NCBI GenBank assembly: GCA_965263295.1
Contig: OZ253665.1
Location: forward strand, 2,304,001 to 2,368,000
From: Spirochaetia bacterium
GTDB taxonomy: Bacteria; Spirochaetota; Spirochaetia; SP-2023
DNA: 64,000 bases
Reading direction: 5' to 3'
A model generated the notes under the pieces. That model was not told the DNA's origin. It did not search any database and saw nothing but the letters and a program-made list of their open reading frames with translations. Every line of letters begins with the position of its first letter. Within the stretch, counting starts at the first letter, position 1. The translations under genes were made by a program, and so were the position numbers. Positions 57,852-64,000 of this stretch are shown in pieces.

Positions 57852-59473
57852 TGGCGACCCTCGCGGTCTGTGTCATCGCCATCCATTTTGGGGGCTGGCT
57901 TGTGGGGGGCTGGCTTGTGCCGAATCTGGGTTGGGTTCTGGTTCTGAAGGAAGAGGAACCGCAGTTTGCCCTTTTGCAGCCATGTATCGCTTTCTTGCTG
58001 TGCATTTTGCGCCTCAAAGCGGAATTGGCCAGCCTTTTCCAGCAGCATGGAGTTGATTTGCCAATTATATGCCTGCAGTTGTGCCCCGGCAAAGCTGACG
58101 CTGACCACATTGCCGTTGGCATCGACCTGAAAAATAATCTCGACGCTTTGCTCTTTCAGCCCTTGCAGCATAGGAGCTGGGAACTGCAGGCTAGGCCAGT
58201 GAAGCAGACGGCGCTGACTTTGCCCCAGCCAGTCGAGGCTCCAGTGCAATTCGCGCCCATTCTGCAGGGGGGCGACAGAGGGCAAAGTCCCAGGGGAAGA
58301 TACGCGGGCTGCAGAGCTTTGGCTTCCCGCGCTGGCCGTGGCCGCGGCACTGTCGAGTATGCTGCCATTGAAGGCGTTAGTGGCCGGTTGGAGTGTTTGC
58401 GTCGGGACGGCAGGTTCTGCCGGGGCAGGAGTGTCGATCTGTAGGGTAACTGGCGGAGCAATTGGGTCTGTCTGACTCGTTTGGTTTATTTGATCTTCTC
58501 GCTCGCTCAAAATCGCTTCGGGCAGTGTCTTCTCTGTACTGAGCTCATATCCCGCGGGAACAATTTCGGGCAGGGGCAATGCCGCATAGTCGCGCTCATC
58601 CTTGAGTGGAGGTAAGGGGAGTAAGGCTTGATTTTTTTTCTCGTCGGCTGCTGAGATTATTGGGACTGTTGTCTCTCCTGCCTGCTCGGTCGCTTTTGCC
58701 GCCTGACTGGCTTTGGCGACATCCTGGGTTTCTAGGATTTCGTCAGCTGGTTTGGCATTTTGCTTTGTGGGCTTGGCGACATTCTGGGTCTCTAGGATTT
58801 CGTCAGCTGGTTTGTCATTTTGTTTTGTGGGCTTGGCGACATTCTGGGTTTCTGCGATTTTGTCAGCTGGTTTGTCATTTTGTTTTGTGGGCTTGGCGAC
58901 ATTCTGGGTTTCTGCGATTTCGTCAGTTGGTTTGTCATTTTGTTTTGTGGGCTTGGCGACATTCTGGGTTTCTGCGATTTTGTCAGCTGGTTTGGGATTT
59001 TGTTTTGTGGCTTTGGCGACATTCTGGGTTTCTGCGGGTTTCTCGGTCCGTTGGGATTTATTTTTTATGATTTTTCGCGGCTGGCTTTTTGCCAGCTGTT
59101 TCGCGGGATTGTGCGTGTGCTTGGTCACTGCCGCCGTCATAGGTGGACTCACAGGTGGACTCGCCGGCCTAGAGGGCTCACCGCGCCAGAATCGCACTGG
59201 GACTGGCGCGGCAACTCGTAAATTTTGTGGGTTATTGGCAGAGTTTTGTCGTGGAGAAGTTTCATTCGCTGTTGCGGCTCGGTTGCTCAATTCTTGTCGT
59301 GTTCCAGGAGTTTGGAAACTGAGGGATACTCGTTTTTGTGTCGCGGGTAGACGTGCTTTGATTTGCTGTAATCTGCTTGTCGCCCGGTTGTTGTTTTCTG
59401 GCATTTGCAGGAAAAAAAACAGGAGCAAGCCCAGATGTAAGAGGCTGACGGCAATAAAAATCTGCGGGCGCAA
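57848..59473 (-). CDS. TonB/TolA-like energy transducer with 20 aa tandem repeats
   Basis: N-terminal TM with His (VSLLHL), long Pro/Lys/Thr-rich linker, C-terminal PSLQFP...VEIIFQVDANGNV...QFRF; follows exbB-exbD. Confidence 0.72.
   Translation of the reverse strand: MRPQIFIAVSLLHLGLLLFFFLQMPENNNRATSRLQQIKARLPATQKRVSLSFQTPGTRQELSNRAATANETSPRQNSANNPQNLRVAAPVPVRFWRGEPSRPASPPVSPPMTAAVTKHTHNPAKQLAKSQPRKIIKNKSQRTEKPAETQNVAKATKQNPKPADKIAETQNVAKPTKQNDKPTDEIAETQNVAKPTKQNDKPADKIAETQNVAKPTKQNDKPADEILETQNVAKPTKQNAKPADEILETQDVAKASQAAKATEQAGETTVPIISAADEKKNQALLPLPPLKDERDYAALPLPEIVPAGYELSTEKTLPEAILSEREDQINQTSQTDPIAPPVTLQIDTPAPAEPAVPTQTLQPATNAFNGSILDSAAATASAGSQSSAARVSSPGTLPSVAPLQNGRELHWSLDWLGQSQRRLLHWPSLQFPAPMLQGLKEQSVEIIFQVDANGNVVSVSFAGAQLQAYNWQINSMLLEKAGQFRFEAQNAQQESDTWLQKGKLRFLFLQNQNPTQIRHKPAPHKPAPKMDGDDTDREGRQ
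58713..59036. repeat. 60 bp coding minisatellite, about 5.4 copies
   Basis: Consecutive 60 nt lines nearly identical; encodes ETQNVAKPTKQNDKPADKIA-type units. Confidence 0.95.
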
Positions 59474-59490
59474 GGTCTATTATCCTCTTT

Positions 59491-60078
59491 CTAGGGTTGA
59501 GAGCCACCGCCGCTTGCCTGGGTATCTTGAGATGCTTCCGGAGATACTTCCTGGGATGCTTTGGAGGTTCCACGGATACTGCTGTCGCTGACGTCTAGAT
59601 CCAGCGGCAGTTGCCAGCGGTAGAGCAGGCCGCATATGGCAATTACGGTGGCGTAGCTCAAGCTCTGGTCGGCGCGCAAGCGGATGCGTCGGACATCCTG
59701 AGACCAGAGATTTTGCAGGCTGAGCTGCAGGGCTTTGAGTAAGTGCCCTGTGTCGAGAAAAGCTGCAGAGTTGTGTGCCTCGGCCAGTATGCGCCGGTCC
59801 TGCAAACTTTGCAATTGGATGCTGTAGCTCAGGTCTGGGCGCACGGCCAGCAACAACAGCTCCCCGTCATTTTCGCGTGCGGACGGGTTTTGCTTATTTT
59901 CGGCGGCGTTAGTCATATATGGCGGCCGCACTCCGAGGCTGCGTTGCGCTGGACTATTGTTGACCATAAAAAAAATCAGGACCAAGAACATGATGTCAAT
60001 TAGTGGGGTCAGCATTGGGCCGCGGTCAAGTAGGCTGCCCAGCAAGCTGCGGCGGGCGGAAACCCTAACTCGTCGCAT
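59491..60078 (-). CDS. exbD: ExbD/TolR family protein
   Basis: LTPLIDIMFLVLIFFMV with conserved Asp, IRLRADQSLSY. Confidence 0.88.
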   Translation of the reverse strand: MRRVRVSARRSLLGSLLDRGPMLTPLIDIMFLVLIFFMVNNSPAQRSLGVRPPYMTNAAENKQNPSARENDGELLLLAVRPDLSYSIQLQSLQDRRILAEAHNSAAFLDTGHLLKALQLSLQNLWSQDVRRIRLRADQSLSYATVIAICGLLYRWQLPLDLDVSDSSIRGTSKASQEVSPEASQDTQASGGGSQP

Positions 60079-62308
60079 GGGCCTTGTTCTCCCGCTCTGG
60101 GCTGGGCTGCTCGCCCTGGGTTTCTGAACCCGATTCTGGTGGCGTGTGTGCCCGGCTGCTCAGGGAGCTGGCCCTGTGGTCGGTTGCCGCCTGACTCGTG
60201 GGAGCGGCTGCCACAGCGCTCTTTCTGCTGGCGTTTCCCTGGCCCGTCGGCTCCAGCAGCGCTTTCTTTTCCTTCCTTCCTGTTGTTTGAGGCCGGGGAT
60301 TGGGATCCTCCAGTTGGCGAAAAAGCAGGGGTACTCTGCGCTCGTCACCGCTGCGGCCCACCTGCAATTGCTGTGTGCGGGCTTTTTGACGTTCCTGTTG
60401 TAGATCGGCCAGGCGGGTGGCAAAGTTTCGGGTGTTTGCCCCCAATTGTGTTTCTGCTTCTTGGGCTGTGGCGGCTTTGGGTTTGGGTACGGCTGCAGTT
60501 TGTCCGGACGCTTGAGCTTGCGCGCCGGCACGTGGACGAATTGTTCTGTCCAGTGCATCCGGGGCATCCAAGGAATCTAAGGAATCTAAGGAATCCAGCG
60601 CACCCAAGGCATCTAAGGATTGAGATTTCGTTTGGTGCTCCGGCCTTTGGGCATCAGGTATATTTTTTGCGAGACTTACTTCCGGCTCCGGCACTTCTTT
60701 AACCGGTGTTGTCTCTGCCTGGGTGAATATGCTAGTTGAGTTCGCCTCATTTGTTGGCGCTAGGGTCCCCTGAGTGAGTAATTGCCGGGCCATGCGGCTG
60801 CGCTGCAGGCGCAGTGCGACTAAGTCCTGCTTGTTGTCTTGTCGCTCTGCCGCTGCCGTTTGCCGGGCATCCTGCGCCCCTAGATGATCTAATTGAATAT
60901 TTCTTTGGGACTTGCTTTGAGTTTCGGCTCGACTCTGGATGCCGGGTGGCGCAAAATCTTGTTTGACCGAGCTTTGAAGACTAGCGATCCGGGCGGCTTG
61001 AGCGTGCGCTTCTCTGGGTTCGGGACTTATTTTTTGCGTGGCTCTGGACGCGGAAGGCTGCTGTGTGCCCTGTGCTCCTTGGCGGATCTGCCATTCTTTC
61101 ACCTCTTGTCGCACCTCCTGTCGTCTCCCCTGATTTTTCTGGCTTTCTTTTTCTTGGGCACTTGTCCAGAATATCTGTGAATCTGCAGCCGAAGGCTCTT
61201 GTGGTCGTTCCAGAAAGACAGGGTTCGTCGCCATGTTCGTCGCCATTCTTTCGGAGGCAATGCCCTTGTCTTCTGAGGGCGTTGTTTTGCTTTGGCCTGC
61301 CTTTAGGGTCTCTCGTTCTTGCTGGTCAAGTTGTGCTAGCCTTTCAGAAGCTCGTATCTGGCCGGTCAGTGCCAGGCCGCGCTGTTGCTCCTGGCGTTTG
61401 TGCTGGAAGAGCAGGATATCGTGACCCAGCTGTTCGAGAACGGAGACTCGGCAGGCGCTGGCGTTCAGGAACAGTTGCTGGCTGATTATGGCGGGAATCG
61501 CCACAATCAGACCTCCTGCCGTCGTCCCCAGGGCCTGGGATATACCTTGAGCCAGTTGCGTACTTTGCTCAAGGGCCCCGGTGTGGAAGGCATAAATCAT
61601 ACCGGTGACGGTGCCCAGGAGACCTAAGAGCGTGGCGACATTGGCGATTAGGTGAAAAAAGTTGCAGTGTTTTTCCAGCTGCAGGCTCAGTTCTTCAATG
61701 CAAGTTTCTATCCAGTGTTCCAGGCGGCTGATCTGGCTGTTGTGTTCGGCATGAAGGGCTGTCGGAGAAAATTCTGCTTGTTGTGCCCATTGTGTCCATG
61801 GTGCCCATGGTGACCATGGTGCCCATTCGCCCTCAGGCATGGATAAGTTGGGCATGGGCAAATCAAAATCCTGTCGGGTGGGCTGGCTTTCTTCTGTTTT
61901 GGGCATTGTCTTGACTATGGGTTGGGGCTGTGCCGGCGAAAATCGGCGATCGTCCCCCATACCCCGTCCCATAACCCGTATACCCCAGGGGGCGGCTTCC
62001 AGCTCATCGCGAATAAAACGGAAACTTTGCCGGAGTAATTTGGCTTCGGGCCCTCGCTCGCGCTGCAAGAGTTGTTCCAACTCTTCTAGCTCGGCGTTTT
62101 TAAGCAGCTGTCCGGCCCGGCCCGGCAGTTGACGATGGCGCCGGCGCCAGCGGTATAAGAGTAAAAGTTTTTCGGTAATTAAACTTAACGAGCAAATGGA
62201 GAGTAGCAGCAGCAATATGAAAAATAATACGTTGAGAAAAGGGAGCTGCAGGTTGCCAGCCCGAAACAAAGCCGTAAGATTTTGCATGTTTAGAAGGTCT
62301 GGGAGCAT
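60065..62308 (-). CDS. exbB: MotA/TolQ/ExbB proton channel protein with long insertions and C-terminal tail
   Basis: ATLLGLLGTVTGMIYAF, GISQALGTTAGGLIVAIPA; start placed at MLPDLL to avoid overlap with the upstream gene. Confidence 0.85.
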   Translation of the reverse strand: MLPDLLNMQNLTALFRAGNLQLPFLNVLFFILLLLLSICSLSLITEKLLLLYRWRRRHRQLPGRAGQLLKNAELEELEQLLQRERGPEAKLLRQSFRFIRDELEAAPWGIRVMGRGMGDDRRFSPAQPQPIVKTMPKTEESQPTRQDFDLPMPNLSMPEGEWAPWSPWAPWTQWAQQAEFSPTALHAEHNSQISRLEHWIETCIEELSLQLEKHCNFFHLIANVATLLGLLGTVTGMIYAFHTGALEQSTQLAQGISQALGTTAGGLIVAIPAIISQQLFLNASACRVSVLEQLGHDILLFQHKRQEQQRGLALTGQIRASERLAQLDQQERETLKAGQSKTTPSEDKGIASERMATNMATNPVFLERPQEPSAADSQIFWTSAQEKESQKNQGRRQEVRQEVKEWQIRQGAQGTQQPSASRATQKISPEPREAHAQAARIASLQSSVKQDFAPPGIQSRAETQSKSQRNIQLDHLGAQDARQTAAAERQDNKQDLVALRLQRSRMARQLLTQGTLAPTNEANSTSIFTQAETTPVKEVPEPEVSLAKNIPDAQRPEHQTKSQSLDALGALDSLDSLDSLDAPDALDRTIRPRAGAQAQASGQTAAVPKPKAATAQEAETQLGANTRNFATRLADLQQERQKARTQQLQVGRSGDERRVPLLFRQLEDPNPRPQTTGRKEKKALLEPTGQGNASRKSAVAAAPTSQAATDHRASSLSSRAHTPPESGSETQGEQPSPERENKAHATS

Positions 62309-62372
62309 CGTTTTGGCAGTATTACATGCGACAAGGCTTTTGGGCCGCGGGCATGTCGAGGGAGTCTTGCGT

Positions 62373-62837
62373 CTAGCGCGGAAGCATGGAAATCTGTGGA
62401 ATGGGGACCAGTGATTCGTCGAGTAGGACGTCTTTCGGATTGAGGTACGGCAAGATGCGCTTGTCGGCATTGAGTAGCCGTGACGGATGCTCTTTTGGGG
62501 GATCTTTAAGTTCGGCATTGCTGCCGGATCCGTCGAGTAGCCGGGCGTTGTACCAGTCCTGAGAACTGTCTGGTACCTGCAAATAGCGATTTTCGCGGTC
62601 GTAAAGTGGTAATTCTGGCAAGCTCAGGCTGTCGACTTGCCCTGCCTGCTCCGACATGGGGGGCAGAATGACCCGAAAACTATAGTCTCTCAGGCCATCT
62701 TCACTGTTGGTCTGAGCGTCGCTACGTTGGAGTAGCAAGACAGCGCCGAACAGAAAAAACAGGCTGCTGCGGCCAGTCAAGCACTGTGGTTTGCGCCGCA
62801 AAGGTGGGCATTTGAAATATTTGTTGACAGGTGGCAT
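62373..62837 (-). CDS. Hypothetical exported protein
   Basis: 154 aa ORF with hydrophobic signal-like segment, first gene of the exbB block. Confidence 0.55.
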   Translation of the reverse strand: MPPVNKYFKCPPLRRKPQCLTGRSSLFFLFGAVLLLQRSDAQTNSEDGLRDYSFRVILPPMSEQAGQVDSLSLPELPLYDRENRYLQVPDSSQDWYNARLLDGSGSNAELKDPPKEHPSRLLNADKRILPYLNPKDVLLDESLVPIPQISMLPR

Positions 62838-63234
62838 AATTCTATTGTAACTAAATGCCGCAGTGGCGACAATTCAAAATCGCGGCGAAATCCGTTCAGA
62901 GAAAGACATTTACTTACTTTGGGATCTTTGAAAGTAATAAGAACGTAATTTTGATTTTATTTGCCTTGAGCGCTGTGAGTGCTATTTATTTCTCCAGGTT
63001 CTGATGGGAGAAAAAGTAAAGAAAAGATACTAGCCTAATTTTATTTGTGCAGGCAAAATCAATGCGTTAAGATGCCGGCATATTTTTAGTCCGGTATTGC
63101 TGTATGGCCCTATGAAAATTTTGGGAAAATTTTGGAAAATCTCGTGAAGATCCCTGTGGCCAGCAAAACTTGCTCAAAGGATAAATATGGGCGGAATTCG
63201 GAGGGTAAAATATGGGACAAAATATAGGTGAAAT

Positions 63235-63519
63235 ATGAAAAAGTGGCTGACAATACTTATATTTATTATTCCGCTAAGTATGATAATCAACGTTCACCAG
63301 AGCAAATTATATTTGCAGACGAAGACTTCAATTAACAATTTGCTGCGGCAACAAAACCAATTGCTGGAGGAAAATCAGCGCATAATTGCTGAAATTGCCC
63401 GCAACCGAGCGCCTACGGTCATTGAGCGCCGGATTCAGTCGGAAGGGGTTGGGCTGGGTAAAATTAGCCCCAATCAAGTGTTGCGCATTATGGTGCCGGA
63501 AGCCAATGAGGCACCGTGA
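63235..63519 (+). CDS. ftsL: Cell division protein FtsL-like
   Basis: Short TM plus coiled coil (LLEENQRIIAEIA, PTVIER), directly before murF. Confidence 0.75.
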   Translation: MKKWLTILIFIIPLSMIINVHQSKLYLQTKTSINNLLRQQNQLLEENQRIIAEIARNRAPTVIERRIQSEGVGLGKISPNQVLRIMVPEANEAP

Positions 63520-64000
63520 TCTTGTAGGCGAGAGGCGGCCAAGTACGAAGCCGGTAGCTCGTCACAGTTGCCAGCAAATCGTGGCGATCTTGCGCGAAGG
63601 GAACTTCGCGCCGCAGGTATTTGGCGCTTTTTCGGGCGAGGAGCCGGCAGGCGCAACTCAGGTTGTCTTGCGCGGCGCGGTCGCCGACTCGCGTGAAGCG
63701 GGTCCGGGCCTGGTTTTTGTCGCGCGCCGGGGAGAACGACAGGATGGGCACTCCTACATTCAGGCCGCTTACGAACAGGGCTGCCGTTATTTTTTGGTGG
63801 AACGGGCCTGGGCTGAGGCTCATTCCAGTATTGCGATCGGACTGGAGTCGGCCGTGTTCATTGCGGTTCGCGGCTGCTGTGACGAGGCTTTGTATGCTTG
63901 GGCTCGCGCTTATCGACAGAGTCTCAGGCACTTGTATGTGCTGGCGCTGAGTGGCAGCCATGGCAAAACCAGCACCAAGGAACTGTTGGCGCTGATGTTG
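63506..64000 (+). CDS. murF: UDP-MurNAc-tripeptide D-Ala-D-Ala ligase, N-terminal part (runs off window end)
   Basis: Hand translation: ADSREAGPGLVFVARRGERQDGHSY ... ALSGSHGKTSTKELL; absent from the ORF track because it has no stop in the window. Confidence 0.88.
   Translation, partial: MRHRDLVGERRPSTKPVARHSCQQIVAILREGNFAPQVFGAFSGEEPAGATQVVLRGAVADSREAGPGLVFVARRGERQDGHSYIQAAYEQGCRYFLVERAWAEAHSSIAIGLESAVFIAVRGCCDEALYAWARAYRQSLRHLYVLALSGSHGKTSTKELLALML

Noticed and set aside
58713..59036. 60 bp repeats as a CRISPR array
   Set aside because: Contiguous tandem units with no unique spacers, in frame within a protein, and no cas genes.
58606..59591. Plus-strand ORFs (292 aa and others) over the TonB-like gene
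   Set aside because: Antisense shadows of the coding repeat with no recognisable protein features.
62309..62518. Extended exbB N-terminus from the ORF track
   Set aside because: Overlaps the upstream hypothetical gene and looks non-coding; a later ATG fits better. The same reasoning was used to trim starts for several other genes.
63001..63234. TGGG-containing repeats upstream of ftsL as MraZ boxes
   Set aside because: Spacing is irregular, no mraZ in the window, and they look like the window's general short tandem duplications.

Overview
A 64 kb chromosomal window, probably from a spirochaete. This is inferred from the tamB-bamA-skp synteny, ftsL directly followed by murF, spirochaete-type lipoboxes and Gln at the GyrA Ser83-equivalent position. 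Order of content: (1) end of a sugar ABC operon, lptCAB, a tandem-domain methyltransferase, gyrA, a glycan-export-type ABC transporter and nadE; (2) a lower-GC island of about 9 kb with neuA-neuB-neuC sialic acid synthesis, a gene remnant, a DUF268 gene and a polyol ABC transporter plus xylitol-type dehydrogenase; (3) a WlbA-like oxidoreductase, a GT2, a Ste24 protease, a lipoprotein with an (AT)9 tract in its signal peptide, and an alanine/glycine symporter; (4) a myo-inositol catabolic cluster (gntR, ABC transporter, iolG, iolD, iolE, second dehydrogenase, transaldolase, iolB, iolA); (5) a 20 kb minus-strand envelope block (exbB-exbD-tonB-tamB-bamA-skp-tyrA-bactofilin-mtaB-rsmH); (6) ftsL and the start of murF. 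The best candidate for a new system is the inositol cluster. It has no iolC kinase or iolJ aldolase, and instead carries a divergent transaldolase-family enzyme co-transcribed with iolB and iolA, suggesting kinase-independent cleavage of 5-dehydro-2-deoxy-gluconate. No rRNA, tRNA, CRISPR array or transposase was seen. All calls are by-eye motif recognition; no searches were run.
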